Assembly (NCBI GenBank): GCA_013265495.1
Contig: MU058453.1
Coordinates: 1-64,000, forward strand
Direction of reading: 5' to 3'
From: Vicugna vicugna
Lineage: Eukaryota
Length of the DNA: 64,000 bases
A program made the translations under genes and the position numbers. Under the pieces are notes generated by a model that was given only the letters and a program-made list of their open reading frames with translations, had not been told where the DNA came from and made no database searches. Numbering within the stretch: position 1 is the first letter of the stretch; each line of letters opens with the position of its first letter. Positions 1-15,300 of the stretch are shown piece by piece.

Positions 1-1189
1 ATTTCTTGCCTTAGACAGACTCTGGCAGATGCTGGATGAGGGGCCAGAAACTGCTGCCCCGTGAGCCCCCACGGCTGTAAAGACAGGCAAGCAGGTCCAG
101 ACCAAAACTTCCCTTTACAAGTGGGGAGAAGGGCCAGGAGGCCACTATCTAGATGCCACTCACGCTAGATTGGTTTGAAAATGAGAAGCCTGAACAAGGC
201 CCAAAGGACTAAAAAGACCCGTGCTTCTGGCCTCCACCTACTTTTCAGACTTATTTCACTTTCTAGGAAACTCTTGCATGTCTCTGAAATTTCATAAGCT
301 CAAATCCTATCCCTTCGGCATGGAAATATGACACCATCCTGCCCAACACACAAACTTTTCTTTTTCTCCTTTCTTTTCCTCTCTCTCCTCCTGCCTTTCA
401 CATCCTCTCCAAATAATTCAAAATTACCTTTTAAAATTCATTTCAAATGAGCTTTTCAAATAACCCTTCCTTGCCAGACTGCTCCACAATCAAACACAGG
501 TGTCCCTCTTTTAACTACTCATCTCACCATTTTTCTTCATACCCAAGAGCCTCGTGTTAACACATTTATTGGTGGGAATCTGTTTAATTTCTGCCTCCAC
601 CATGCAAATCTAGGCTTTCTGAGAGAACTGAGTCTGAGTCCATTTGCTCCCTGCTCTCCAAACCTAACCAGGTGTCTTTCTTTAATTACACGCTCAAACC
701 CTCTGCTGAATGAATAAAATTAAAGAAAGACTATTTCAGAGTATCCCTTTTTCCCTTCCTCCGTGGCAGAAACTTATTTCATTCGCTTACTCAATAAAAT
801 GTTTTGAATCCCTCCAATGTGTCAAGGCCTGTGAGAATTAAATGATAAATAAGAGAGACTCTTTCCTCAAGGTCCTTAGAAGTTACTGGGGGATAAAACA
901 TGTATTCAGGTAACTATTACGAGCCGACGAAAGGAACCACACACTTTCTTGCTACTATGGTTGAATTTCAGTCCTCTGCAGTTGTCAATGTGCCTGCTCC
1001 TATGAAAAGATGTTAGGTGAACTCCTGAGTCAACTGGATTTGAAGACTTTGGTTTTATCACGGCAGCCTTGCTTGACAGCGTCTAAACCATCTGGGCAGC
1101 AGCCTCCTCATCTGCACCCTGGTCAGTTTTCTACTGGAGGGAGAATCCTGTCTCTACATACAAAGTCTGTAGCAGGTTACTACAGGTCT

Positions 1190-1930
1190 CACAGCAATCA
1201 CACAGATGGCAAATAAGCACAAAAGGATACTGAGCATCACTAACCACGAGGGAAACGCAAATTAAACCCACAGTGAGATGGCACCACACAGCTATCAGAT
1301 GCCTAAAATAAAAAATGACCCACCTGATGTGTGTGTGCGCAGGTGGGGAAACTGACCCAGGCATACAGCGCTGGTGAGAATGAGAAACGGTGCCGCCACT
1401 TGGGAAAACAACTTCTGACAGTTGCTTAAAAAACAAAGCACAGCCACAACAGCTACACCACCACCCAGCATTTGCCCAGGGAAATGAACACTTGTGTTAA
1501 CACAAACACCTGCACACACACACTGGTTGCAGCTTGGTTTGTAAGACCCCCAAACTGAAGACCGACCCAGACGTCCCTCAACAGTCGGTTCAGCAAACTG
1601 TGACTCGTCCCTATCATGCACCACTGCTAGGAGTTACAGAGGAACCGACTATTTCTACCCGCCTCAATCCTGACAAATCTCGACTCGTGCTCAGTGCATA
1701 AGAGCAAACCCCAAACGGTTACGTACTGTATGATCCCATTGACACAACATTCTAGAAACGCCAGAATTAAAGAAATGGGGAACGTATCACAGGTTTCCAG
1801 GGACTGAGAGATGGCAGAGTGGGAGGGGGGTCTGCGCGGCTGAGAAGGAGTAACAGGAAGGATCCTCAAGGGGATGTTCTGCGTCTTGACTGTATCCATG
1901 TTAATATCCTAGTTATGATACTGCAGTAAA
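1190..1930 (+). mobile_element. Old L1 3' fragment (L1M-type); ends approximate
   Basis: L1 ORF2 end and 3'UTR motifs: gcaaattaaacccacagtgagat, acttgggaaaacaacttctgacagtt, tactgtatgatcccatt, cttgactgtatccatgttaatatcct. Confidence 0.75.
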
Positions 1931-1940
1931 ACCTAGAGAG

Positions 1941-2146
1941 ATGATACGGCATGAGCCTCAGAACTCTGACATCACAATGGCCAGAACCCTGCCTGTGGCA
2001 GAAGCTCAGGCTTCGTCGAGGAGTTCGCAGCACTCTGCCAAGTGCTGGAGACACACTCGGTTTCCAGAGCACAGAACTGAAGACGACAGGATGTTCACCT
2101 CAAGCAATGAGCTTGTAGGTGATCATTCAAGGTTTGACTATATGAG
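1941..2146 (+). CDS. Candidate upstream/first coding exon of the ARHGAP20-like gene
   Basis: Open frame from ATG 1941 ends at AG|gtaatc (phase 2), matching the phase-2 acceptor at 3209. No recognisable ARHGAP20 homology. Confidence 0.25.
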
Positions 2147-3208
2147 GTAATCTTTTCATACACTATTTTTTCACTGTTAACATTCCATTTACTTTCTATA
2201 TTTCAACTAAAAAGTTGCCCAGGATCTAATGTAAGTTGACAATGTTGTGTTAATTTCTGGGGTACAGCATAGCAGTGCGGTCACACACACACGTACAGAC
2301 ACTGTTTTTGATCATCAGAGCAGACTGGTGGTCCCAGGAGGGGCTTTGTTTCCTCTAAAAGATACGAACTCCTTTTTACCATCAGCACTGCTTTCATGAA
2401 AAGCTACTCGTGTCTGTAAGATTCAGCGCCGCTGAGCACCAGGCAGCAGGTTTGACGTTCTTGGCTGGGGGTGGGGCTCACTTTCTTGACTTCATGGGAA
2501 AGAATTTTCTGTAGATTTATGATAATCTCTGGTCTACGTATCAGTTTTCAAGCTCATGTTCAATTCAGGTGTTTTACCTCTTATGACCAGAAGCTCTGTT
2601 AGCGCTTAGCTGCAGCTCAGCCAAATAACAGCGAAGCACTTCTTCGTATTTAAACATTTTAATGAGTCCAGTAACATTTGCTGAACTTTTGAGAATGTTT
2701 CCCAAAAACCTGAATATTGACTTACATTACAATTTACCAGAATCCTCATTTATTTAAATTTTTGTGTTAAAATGAAACCAAACTGTAATGACTTCTCTGT
2801 AATCTTCCAACTACTTTATCTACGTTAGGCCATAAATTACCCTATTTTGGTTTTCCTTGGTTTTGATTAGTTTTTTACCTTCTTCTAATACACTCTTCAC
2901 TTAAGTCTCTTTGTTCCTCTTCCTTCTAGTTTATGAATCAACTTTGCTCTTTTCTCCTTTTCCCCACCTCAAAGAGTGCCATGCCTTGGCACTTTGTCCC
3001 TGAAACTGTTTTGCATCCACATCAACCCCCTAAGCGACCTCATTTTTTTCAGTCGCTTTCTATAACTTACTAACTCCCGACTGGGAGCTGTGAAGCCCTG
3101 TTCGGGAGATTGAGGCTAATTTTTTAGTGTCCACCTTGACATTTAACATAAACTCCATCACATACGGGACCAGTGACTAGCTGTTCTGTGGTGTTTGATG
3201 TTTTGCAG

Positions 3209-3376
3209 GGAAAGCCCTTCTATTGAGGTGGACGCCCATGGGGACAACGCATCACCGCATGAGGGCACCCAACGTGTTGTGATGATGTTCGGCACGGCCA
3301 AGCTCCAAACAGGCTGGAGGAAGCAGAAGAGGCAGCTGTTCCTGTACAGGGACAAACTATTGATCTCCAACACCAA
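3209..3376 (+). CDS. ARHGAP20: ARHGAP20-like exon, start of PH domain
   Basis: ttttgcag|G GAA AGC...ACC AA|gtacgc; ESPSIEVDAH...AKLQTGWRKQKRQLFLYRDKLLISNTK. Confidence 0.88.
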
Positions 3377-6300
3377 GTACGCACATACTATGCTCTCCCG
3401 ATAATCACCAAGTTGCATGTTCACTACCCTTTACTGTAAGAACACGTGGCAGGCAGGGGCTCTCTTGTCTGGGGCTTACAGACAGATGATAATCAGGGGG
3501 GAAAACTACAGACCATTATTACTGCTCTTGATAAAAAGTAGGCAGGATGCCACGTAACGATGAAGGGCCCGTATGACACAGGGGTGTCCAGCAGGACCGC
3601 TGCAACTGGCAGCCGTTAAACTAGACCCACAGGGTGAGCAGCAGCCACCATTCCCAGACAAGGGGTCTGCACCCTGTAGGCCGGGGCAACAGCAGGCCTA
3701 AGTGGGTGCAGCCTGGACCCTGGAAGGGAGGAGTTCGCTGAAGGCCAATGTGACTGGAACCCACAGCATGGGGTGTATCTGGCAGGATACTGTGTTCAGG
3801 GGGTCCAGTCACATGGGGTCCCACAGGCCACAGGAAGGGGTAACACTATGCTGAAGGGCTGTAACCAGCAGTCACCACATTTGGTTTGTATTAGCAAAAC
3901 TTTCTGCATGTGGGGAGGTCTTTCTCACTCCTCTTAGAAGCCCACCGATCCTACTGGATTAGAATCTTACCTTGATGACCTCATTTAGCCTTAATTACAC
4001 CCTAAAAGCTCTGACCCCAGATACAGCCACACTGTCAGTGAGGGCTTCAGTGGATGAAAGGTGGTCCTGACAGGGATGGGGGAGGTGCAATTCCGTCGGT
4101 AGCTGTAACTAGCAGGCCCAAGTGCTGCCACCTTGTACAAGTTCTTATGATTTTTAGCAAACTACCTTCAAGATCATTCCCATAACAACATTTGAGTATA
4201 TTCATGACCATTATGCATATGAAGAATTTTGCATGTTTTCCAGAAAGAAACAACAGCTAATTATACAGCATCCTGGAACAAGAAACTTCTTTCTTCCCTG
4301 CCAGGCCTCACTCTTAGATGGAGTATTGTGTTATGCCCTGAATCAATCTGTTCAACTTAATGACCTGAGTTTACCACCAAGTGTTCCCACTTACCCTGAA
4401 GAAGGGGGGGTGGGGGTGGGGGGAACTAAGCTTCCACTCTTCCCCAGCTCACCTGCAGTGCAGCCGGAAACTGAGCCATCCTTGGATTTCTCCCTCAGAA
4501 AGCAGCACACACGGAATAGCTGACTAACTGCTACCTTTGTATCTGGTCATAAGAAGTGCATTTCAGTTTGTGTGTAATCATACACGGGGCTTCAGTGTTT
4601 CCTTCTTCACTAATGTTTCTCCAGTTGTGGGAGATGCTGAAACTCAGTGAGAATCCTCTTGAGATTTTTGTCATCGTTTTCCTACTACACACATTAGACA
4701 CTTCTGTTCTCAAGACTTGCCGCCAGATACAGCCTTCACTATCACTTCTGATATTCACTAGAATGCTCAGGAAGTTACTTTCTACCAAACAGTTTAGTTT
4801 TTACAACAGGATCTCTATGGTAAATATTAAGATACTAATACTAGTAGACGCCCATGAAGAATTGCACACGGGGACTGCACAGAGCGCGCCCATCTTTACG
4901 CATCACTATCCTCAAATTTAGTTAGTAAAGAACGCAGAGACAATGAAAGACACTTTCTTTAACTCTAAAGATGAAGATTACTAAAAACTTAGCAGTGAAA
5001 GGACAGAGATACTTACAGGATACTTCACGACCCCAGCTCCCAAGCATCTCAGGGAACACCCCTACCTTAGAAAAGGGGAATCTTCCTAGGACCTTGTAAG
5101 TCCCACAGCTCACTGGGGCTCACCCTCTGGTATAAAGGTTAAGGGGGAGGAGAAGGGAGGGGTACCTGTCTTGTCAATACATCGTAATACGGGACACATG
5201 ATAGAAATGCAAACTTGAGTCCTGTTCACCCTTCTCTTCCTGAGACACTTAACATGAGATTCATCCTCTAACTCCTACTGGGAAAATCTCAGAGTAGGTG
5301 ACTGGATGTGAAGGAACACAGTCAGGCCCTAGGAGAATCCCCTAGAGCAGAAAGCTTTCTTGTGGTACATTTTAAGTATTTCCATACTAACATCTGACTT
5401 TTTGATACCATGTAACAAGATTTACCATCTCACTCACCAAATCAAAGAACACTGCCATCAGAAAAGCTGGTGGCTCTGCACAAAGAGGACGAAGGAGGTG
5501 GAGGCGGAGGTGGGTACTTCAGGGAACTATAGGTCAACAACCATGGATGCCAAGTGCTTGTCAGAATAGGCTCATGAGTTAGGCTGTCTGGGTTCCAACC
5601 CCTTTTTCGTTGCTTTTGGCAATTTACTTAGCCTTCCTGTGAGTTCCCTCACCTATAAAATGGGGCGAATAATGACTATACGGTGTGGTTGTTCGGCAAT
5701 TAAGTGAAATAACATTTATAAAATATCTAGACCACTGCTTGCAATATGGTAAGTGCTCAGGGTTATAGGAGAGTCATTTGTGAAGCCATGCTCTGGGTTT
5801 CTGGACAACTTCCTGGTTTACGTTCAAGGGAGTGCATAATCGTAGCACCTGATGGAACTAAGGAGAGAATTACTGAAGTAAGTTTTCCCAGGTCAGTATA
5901 TCTGAAAGTTTCCACACGGTACCTTGAGAGTCTATACACACAGACACCTACATGAGAAGGATGTGTAACATCTAGCAGGTATGTATCTATCAATCCCACC
6001 ACCACATAATTTCATCTTGATGATGACTTTAGTCATTGTCTAGAAACATAATTTTATCTGACAGTTGTGTTTCATACAAATCTTCAAATACACATAGAGT
6101 AAAACTGATGAAACAGAATGTAGCAAAAGACCATCTTGTATCAGAAGGTGAGTTTCCATCACATTTACACTCATGGTGCCCGAAGCTTTGTATCTACACC
6201 TTTCAGGTGGGCTTCCTGAGAAATTTTTTCATTCCATAAATCGCACTGAAGAGTTGTAGCTTAACTACATGAATCAGTGGAGTCATAGGAATTCCTGCAC

Positions 6301-9300
6301 GTGAGGGGTCTCTGAGCTGACTTAACCGTGAGTAATTCTACATGTGGTTCTGAACAGCACGGCTTCTAGAGCGCTGGGCCCAAGTTCTCTCGGCATCCTT
6401 CACAGGGTGTGGAGCTGCGATTAAATCAAATGCTACGCCTACGTGAATGGTACACGTGTGAATTAACCAAAAGATATGGTCATTTGATGTCAGAAGTCGA
6501 ATGAGAACAGGCAGAAACAGTCAGAAAGCAGTTTCCCTGGTGACAGTCACCTTCTGACCCCTCAGAGGTACATGGGAAGCATGACCTTCACTTACACAGA
6601 AGACGTCCTGGCCACTGGTCTGGGATTGACTGATTCACTGATTTTTAAGTTGGGTTTAGTCTGTATGCTAACAGCTTTTCAGCTTTAGCTAGAATCTAAG
6701 AGAAAATGGTATGGACAAAATCTTAAGGAAGGAAATTTAAAATAACCTATGCTTCAAAAAACTATTTTTACAAGTATCATGTAACTTTGTTCAGTCCCTG
6801 CAATACTTTTTGAAGCAAGAAATGAATGAATAATACATTAATTAGAATAATTATAAAAGCTAAATATATAATAACAAATACAATACAANNNNNNNNNNNN
6901 NNNNNNNNNNNNNNNNNNNNNNNNNNNNNNNNNNNNNNNNNNNNNNNNNNNNNNNNNNNNNNNNNNNNNNNNNNNNNNNNNNNNNNNNNNNNNNNNNNNN
7001 NNNNNNNNNNNNNNNNNNNNNNNNNNNNNNNNNNNNNNNNNNNNNNNNNNNNNNNNNNNNNNNNNNNNNNNNNNNCCATGCTTTGAGCAGCAAGAACTAG
7101 CATTTCAGCATGAACACAGTGGCTCCATTACATTTAAGAAACAAACTAACAGAAGTCTTCTGTGGTTATCTTTGCAGGTATAGATGGAACTTTAATTTAA
7201 ANNNNNNNNNNNNNNNNNNNNNNNNNNNNNNNNNNNNNNNNNNNNNNNNNNNNNNNNNNNNNNNNNNNNNNNNNNNNNNNNNNNNNNNNNNNNNNNNNNN
7301 NNNNNNNNNNNNNNNNNNNNNNNNNNNNNNNNNNNNNNNNNNNNNNNNNNNNNNNNNNNNNNNNNNNNNNNNNNNNNNNNNNNNNNNNNNNNNNNNNNNN
7401 NNNNNNNNNNNNNNNNNNNNNNNNNNNNNNNNNNNNNNNNNNNNNNNNNNNNNNNNNNNNNNNNNNNNNNNNNNNNNNNNNNNNNNNNNNNNNNNNNNNN
7501 NNNNNNNNNNNNNNNNNNNNNNNNNNNNNNNNNNNNNNNNNNNNNNNNNNNNNNNNNNNNNNNNNNNNNNNNNNNNNNNNNNNNNNNNNNNNNNNNNNNN
7601 NNNNNNNNNNNNNNNNNNNNNNNNNNNNNNNNNNNNNNNNNNNNNNNNNNNNNNNNNNNNNNNNNNNNNNNNNNNNNNNNNNNNNNNNNNNNNNNNNNNN
7701 NNNNNNNNNNNNNNNNNNNNNNNNNNNNNNNNNNNNNNNNNNNNNNNNNNNNNNNNNNNNNNNNNNNNNNNNTGGTTAGAGTGAGGACAGGGAACGTGGC
7801 CATCCTGAGTCAGCACTTCTGCGTTCACGGGGGTCATGCAACTTTCACACGTGCCACCTGCAACAACCACAGCCCAAGTCTCATTCTCCTCGTGCACATC
7901 GAGTGTGCATCACACGCACCCAACTCTTCTGTCTTGCCCTCCTCACCCCGTGCTACCAAAATCTCACCTATCATCGTAAAGACAACTACAATGTTACCAG
8001 GCTGTTAATGTATGAAATTCTAGACTGCAGCTGTTGACTTAAAGAAAATTCCCAAAGCTTTCTGGGAAGAATCATGTCTTTGTATCATTCTCTACATATT
8101 TTCTTTCAATGAATTACTTCTCTAAAGATTAATGCTATTATTTAATACCGTTTCCATGTTGCAAGTGAAAGGAGGCAGTTTCAATTGGGAATATACAAAG
8201 GTTTTGATAACGGAATGTCCAACAAACATTTTTTCTAATAAGGGGGGAAATGAAAAAGCCATGTTTACATGTTATACTGGTTATAAAGGCTGCATAAACA
8301 CACATAAGGCAGTAACACTGCCTGGCACCTAGTGCCTGGCTATTTGCTGTTTTACTCTTCTGCAGACTGGCCCGAGTCATTACAAGCTGTGTTCATGCAC
8401 ATATGCAGGGTGGGGAGATCAGTGGGCATTCTACTTCCCCGATGAACTGGGTCTGATACGGTGATGGCAAAGGCAGGAGCAGTGCTGTTGGCAGGAAAAT
8501 AAAATGTGGCAGCCCCTTTACAACAGCCACGAGAAATGAACAGATACATCCACACAAAAATTTATACAGAAATGTTCAGAGCAGCATTATCCACAGTAGC
8601 CAAAAAAAAAAAATATTAGACACGACCTAAGTGTTTACCAACTGAGGAATGGATAAACAAAAGGTGGGGTGGGGGCTGAGGATCGGGGTGGAATCGGGAG
8701 TCAGAGCTTAATGGACACAAAGAGTTCTTCTGCTATTGAGTGATGAAAACAGTCCAGAACGAGACTGTGGTAATGGCTGCACAACACTGTTGATGTACTG
8801 AAGGTCACGAATGGACAATCTGCCAGTACGTCTAATTTATCACAATAAATAAAAGCCTAGTAGGAGGTAAATCCATGTGGGAATGGACGTTAAAGCGTTT
8901 CAGTTTTGGAGATTAAAATGCTGCAGAGACTGTAGCAGAGACAACAGGAATCTCTAATTTAGCAATAGGCAGATTGACCTTCACCAGAGGGTTATAGTCA
9001 TGAAGCACTCATTTAATGAATTACAATTGGCCAGATGCTCTACATATAAAGGAATACAATATGGCAGGGTTTCTTCATAAAAAGATGTGAATGGAACACA
9101 AGAGTTCCATTCAAACGCCAATTCTTAAGTATGATGTAACTCAAATACTGCAGCTCTTTACCTGTAAATGGCACCTCAGCTGAGGGAACACTCTGGGGTA
9201 TGATTAACCCCTTTTCAGTGTCGGAACTTGAAGCTCAGAGTGGTTAAGTGACTCGCCCACGATGACACAGCTTGCATCATACAGAGCTGCACTTAGGGGT

Positions 9301-12300
9301 TTACATTTCAAACCAACTGCTCTCCCACTCTAAGACCTACTTCCCATCGCTCTAGCGCTGCTTATATAAGAGCAGGGCCCATCACAAGCCAGTTATGAGG
9401 AGGTAACACTGACACATGCAGCCCCATCAGTAACCACAGGACGCTAATACATTTATCTGGAACAGTGTTTAACATGTCAGTACAAGAATTTTATGCGGTT
9501 TAATTTCTTTCTCTCAATTTTTAATCTTGCAGTTCTTCAGAAAGAAGGGACAAATGGCGCGCCTTCCTTGAGAGGTACTTTGTCAGTACGCGTATTGCAC
9601 ATCTTTAATCCATGAGAAAAGAGCACAGATCCCTTCCAGGCAGGGCCCCCCCACTGTCCTTCCTCCGCTTGGTGGGAACTGTCAGATGGCCCTCAAACCA
9701 CTGGAGCTCTGCCCCGGCCGCTCCTGTAACTGACGCGCTGTCCCTTACATGCACATTCTGCTTCTTTTTGCTCATTCTGTTCATCTCTCCTGTTCCCCTT
9801 CTCTCCATCCTAATGCTTGGCGCTAACACGATTCTCAATATATACACTCAATTCCCAGAAATGCAGCTTACTTACTGTCCTGAGTGATTCTCAAAGCAAC
9901 TGTGCCTTCCTCCCCTGGAACCCAGGAAGGTGCCGGGGGCCCTCTCATCTAGGCAAGAAAAGCTGAGGACTGGCTCTGCTGCCCAAATCTTACATGACAA
10001 GGCAACCTGTTCTTTTCTGGGTCACGTCTTATTTTCCTGAAATATTTCTGCATCTTTTCTCCCAGCCCCTGATTTGATTCTGCTGAATCTATCCATACGC
10101 TTTTCAAAAATAACAAAGTATACTTAAAGGATTGACTTGAAACAAGCTAAGGGCTAATTCACTGACTCCACTTTAGATACATCGATCTCGCCAAGGAGAA
10201 GGAGCAGCCAAAAACCATTCCACTGAAAATCTTTACCGAGGACATCAACAACTGTGCCTCTGTAAGTGCTTTCAGGACCAGTAACTTAAATTCCAGGTTC
10301 CTGACTTAGTAAAATGAAAGGGATAGAGAGACAGAAAGAGAGGACAGGGGAATGGAAGGGAGAAAGGAAGAGAGGGCAGGGGAGGAGGGAGTATTTAGAA
10401 AGCACTATGTGGGAACATGGATTTCCCTGGGAAAGTGTGTCCCTGCATATATAAACAGTGGGCCCTAGGCAAGATGAAGCAAGGAGAGCCCACCACAGCA
10501 ACAGCGCTTCAGCATGGGAAGAACAGTGCCTGTGGAGTGTCCGTACTATGTCTCCAGGTCCTTCTAACAGCAACTACACTGGCTGGTAATAGAGTGATTT
10601 TCACAAGCAGGTTTTTCCTATTGGAATTAAACATTGTTTTCTAAATGTACCACCACTTATATAATTGTAGTTTGGGTTGTTTCCAGTTTTTATTTTTCCT
10701 GTGATGTAATGTTTGCAAAAATAGCAAACTTGCAGAAAAGTCACAAAAGTGAAAACAATACGCAAAAGATCACCCCAAATACCCTTTACCTACATAAACC
10801 TATTTAGCAACGTTTTGCTTGATTTCTTGCTGTCCCCTCTACTACACTCTGTACGTGTATGTGTCTAAGTATTTGAGGATCATAGACACACCATGGCCCA
10901 ATATCCTTAAACACTTAAGGATATTCTCTCATATACCCACCAGACAGCTCCAAGTTTCAGCAAATTTAACACTGACCACCCATGTCCCCACTGTGTCATT
11001 AACTGAACCAAATGTGATGTGCTGCGGGACAACCCGTGTGCCCCCTTGGAATTCTCAGCTTTCTTTCTAGCTTAAGCTGTTATATTTTGTGACCCACAAA
11101 TCCTTTCAAAGAAACACCTATTTTACTGGAATGCTGTTTACTAGCTTCGTGTTACAAAAACAAATGAAAGTCAGTTATAATCGGGGGCTGGGCTCTACAT
11201 GTACTGCACTGTGTCACTGCCTCAATGCAAGCTTTGCCTGTAGAATATAGATCATAATATTACAGTAATTATCTACTCACCTGTTTTAATTTTTAATTTA
11301 GAGCAATGTTTCTCATTTTTTTAACAGTCTATAACAATAAAAATACTGAATACACACACAGTGAATGATGTCATCAACCTCTCACTGTCAAAGCTGGGAA
11401 TCACTGTAAGTTACCTGCAAGTTCTTTTTACTTAGAAACCAAATTTTATTTTTGACACGGGTGTGTGTGTGTGTGGTGTACCTCCCATCATGAGACAGCA
11501 GACTATTACAAACAGGTAAGTCATATTCTGTCCCCCTGAATTTAGAAACTGAAAGCAGCAGAGCTGGATTATCAGCCTGCACAACAGTGTTAGTCTTGTA
11601 TTCCCGTTAAAATTCTGTGCGAGTTCAAAGTGATAACATAACGAATGCAGGCGGTAACTTTAGAGAACTAATAACACCCTCTTTATTGTGTACATTATAT
11701 ACCAGACAGTACACTATGTCCATGACTCCAGATAGTCCCTACTCTATTGGACTGTTGTTTCTATATCTTTGTCCCTATACCCCGACTCCTGATTGTCACC
11801 TGAGGACTCTATCTTGCTATGATAAATCCTACATGAGCTGTTTTGCTGTAAGTTTGGCATAAGGATCGCTGCCTAGAAGCCACATCCCCTTGAGGCAGGT
11901 CCTGCAGAGGCGGCGGCTAATGCCTCTTGTCTGTTGGTAAAGGAGACCAGTTGTGGTAAGACCATGGATCTGGGGACGTGCGTGTACACAGCGCTTTCAC
12001 CTTGTCTTGCCTTCCAGTCTCTGCTCCTTTATGTTTTGCTATGTCTGCTGTCACTCGTAAAACGTTTTTGGTGAAAGACACGGCTTCATTACAGGATGAA
12101 GCTGTGCAAGGGAAAAAAGGCCGGGGGGGAGACTGACGTTCAGATGGACAGAACTGAAGGACGCACCTCTGCTTACATACGATTCTCTGTAAATGGGAAA
12201 ACATCCTGCTACTGAGACACGACAAGCACAGGACCTGCGACCAGCACTGTTTCACACACGTTCTGCTTTACCTTCCCGTAGAGGACTCTTTACAATAATG

Positions 12301-15300
12301 CAGAAGCCCTTATGGTCTAACCTTGTGTCCAATGGGATTTCCAGCATTTCTAGGCAGTCATTCTGCTGGGAGAGAGTATTCTCTGCGTCTCACTTGTGCT
12401 CTAGGTCAGAGTCCTTGTCTCCTGTCCCCATGGCACGGGGCTGGGCGCCACCAAAGCCACTGGGCAGACATTTCTCTCCCGTCTCCAGCCCTCTTGGGCA
12501 TTTCCCTCCTTTTGCTCCCAGCTGCTGAGCCGATGCTGCCTTTCAAGTTTGTCTTGCTCAAGAACAGTCTTGGCAGAGTACGTGGCTCTGGACGACATGC
12601 TAGTCTGGGCAGGGGTGTTTAAAGGAAAAGCTAACATTCTCTAAGGAGTCTGGAGACAGTAAAAGGGAGGATTCTTGAGATTAGACTTTCCGTTCATAGT
12701 GGAGGGGCATTCCTGTGATTTTTTATGTCATGGACCGCCCACAAAGGAAAGGGCTGTTTGCACTGTGGTTCCACAGATCCTCAGCCTTTATCAAAAGAGA
12801 CAAAAATCTCACATGGACTATTGGAGGCTGCAAGAAGGACCAGGAGTTAGTACTGATATCAGGACTGTTAACTCAAAAAATTGTTTCACCCCCTTGGATG
12901 AAATACCATTTCTACAGCCCAAATTCTTCCTTTTTGGGAACATAACGAATGCTAAAGAAATGTGTTCAAGTACCTACTGGGAAAGATCTGCAGTGACACA
13001 TAGTTCTTTTCTGTTCCCAAGGGCTCTGAGAAAGACTACCAGCTGTGGGTGACTGCTGGCAAGAAAAACGCCTCATACCCACTCATTGGTAAGTGTCAGG
13101 GGAAACCTAAGGTGGGCTGATTGCATAAAAAACTGTAACCCTCAAGTCTCAACGTGACAGTCAGTCTGAAGCTTAAATACCCTCAACAATGAAACTCTCA
13201 TGCAACACTCACTCATACATTTATTCAATGACCCCAGGCACTTGCTCTACGGCATGGATAACATCTCTTCTTTCTCCAGCTTATAGTCTAGTTGGGGACA
13301 GAAAGGGAATTTTTCTCCACTACTTTTTTTACTTGACCAACACAGCTACCTCGAAAACCTTTATTAATTTACTTACTCATTTCCTTCCTTCATTACATAG
13401 GCATGAAAACAACACAAATCAGAGTATCTTTTCTCACACGTTATTTTCCACATTCCAGTGTTCAAGTTCTCTCTTCCACTTCCTAACCACTAAGTAGCCT
13501 CTATTTTACAAGAATCTTCTAAGATCCAGCTGTGCCTATGGATCCAGTATTTAGTGAGTATCTCCTTCATGCCCAAAACTTTTCTCACCATCAGAGAAGA
13601 AAAACTGACATAATCACACTCAGACGCTTCAAGTCTTCGAGGCCTGAAGCACCTGCACTTGGCTGTTTCCCCAGCTGACTTCACCAGCACTGCCCTTGAG
13701 CTTTTCAATAAATAGATCACACTTCTCCTAAAACAGTTACTAGAGCAAATGAGCTGACATAATGACACCTCTCCTTGGATCAGGAAGTCTGTGCAGGGTG
13801 GTCCGTGAAAATAGAGGGATTAAAACAAGGGGAAGGACAGGGTCTGCAGCAGACCCTGCAATACAGTCATGGGAACCGTGACTCCTGCTACAAAACCTAG
13901 GGCACCCCATCTTACAGGCAGTATCTTTCTTTCTTTCTTTTTTTTAAATCTATTAAAAAATCCTACAGGGCTATTACTCTCTTTCTAGCGATCTCAAGTA
14001 CACTTTCAAATGATCTGGAAACTCCAAACAACCAAGCTTTTCCTATGAAATGTACATTCCTAGTCTTAGAATATATGGGGTCACCAATACACAGCTGAGA
14101 ACTCAAGTCCCCTCAACTATACATGATTCTTTTTAATGTTGACATCTTTGTAAATGTTAGTCAGCAATAAAATGAAAAAAACTGAATACTTAGGTATATT
14201 TAAATAAAAGGCATTAATCACATACAATCAACGTATGTGACAACTTGTAGCCTGAGGACGGCTTCACACAGCACAGCTGCTCTAAGAATCCCTAAGAGCC
14301 TGTCATTCATGATTGACACCTGAGCAGTCGCTCCGCGGGCAGTTTCCACACGCTCCGAATTCTCAATCCTGGTCAGTTGGTTGTATTTTATTGATGTCAT
14401 GGAAGCTTCCTTTGTACTAAAACTTGCAAGTCACTATGATTTTTGTTCTGAACAGAGCACCGAACTTGCATCTGCACCACATGAAAAGCAAAGGCAAGAG
14501 CTCCCCAAGTTACATTCAACAATAAATCTGAACTCGAAGACAAGGAACATTCATTCTATTCTTTAAAAATGAAATCCACATCAATGCACAGGGGCCTTGA
14601 GGATTCCATGGAGCCAAAGATACTAAAGCACAAACGAGCAAAACAAATCACTTGGCAACTCCCAGTGACTTCCTGCCAAGTTTTCCATTCTGTAAACACT
14701 GATCTGCACTTGGCTTCTGAGTTTCCAACAACCTGCAGCGTCATGTCTAATCCTTCCCCGGCAGGGCCCCCTGAGGGGAAGGCAGCAGTGGGAGGGAACC
14801 TCAGAGACAAACCTCCCTGCTGCTGTTGAGCAGCTCTGGCAACTGAGCTGACAAAATGAATAACCTGTTTGTTGAGCTGACGTGCGTGAGGCGACAGAGA
14901 ACATAGCAATTCCTCACACAGCCCCATTCTGTAAAGAACGTTAAGCACCAATTATTATTAAGGCATTACTTTGGCCCTTATGAGTCTAAGTGGGGTCAAG
15001 CGGTTGAAAGGAGGGATCTGAGGCCAGTAACTTGCCTGAGACGTACAGACCTAGTGCGCCTGTCAAGGCAGAAACTAGGAGGCCAGCAGCACCCTCAGAG
15101 GGACACACAGGGGGAAGTCAACACTGTGCGACGCACTGACACACCTACACATTCCAAGCCAAGCACCGCGTCTGAGAACAGTTTTCTCTTTCCTTCTCCA
15201 ACTCTTTTGCTTGGGCACCTGGCTTTTGCAGGGGGTCCTTCAGGTCAGCCCACTTCATGCTCATTCAGGAGGCACAGACTTCTTTGCCCAAAACCCCTAC

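Noticed and set aside
6777..7897. Long ORFs in the track containing X runs (also at 22.7-23.3, 37.3-38.2, 41.5-43.2 and 59.3-59.9 kb)
   Set aside because: Artefacts of N-gaps lacking stop codons.
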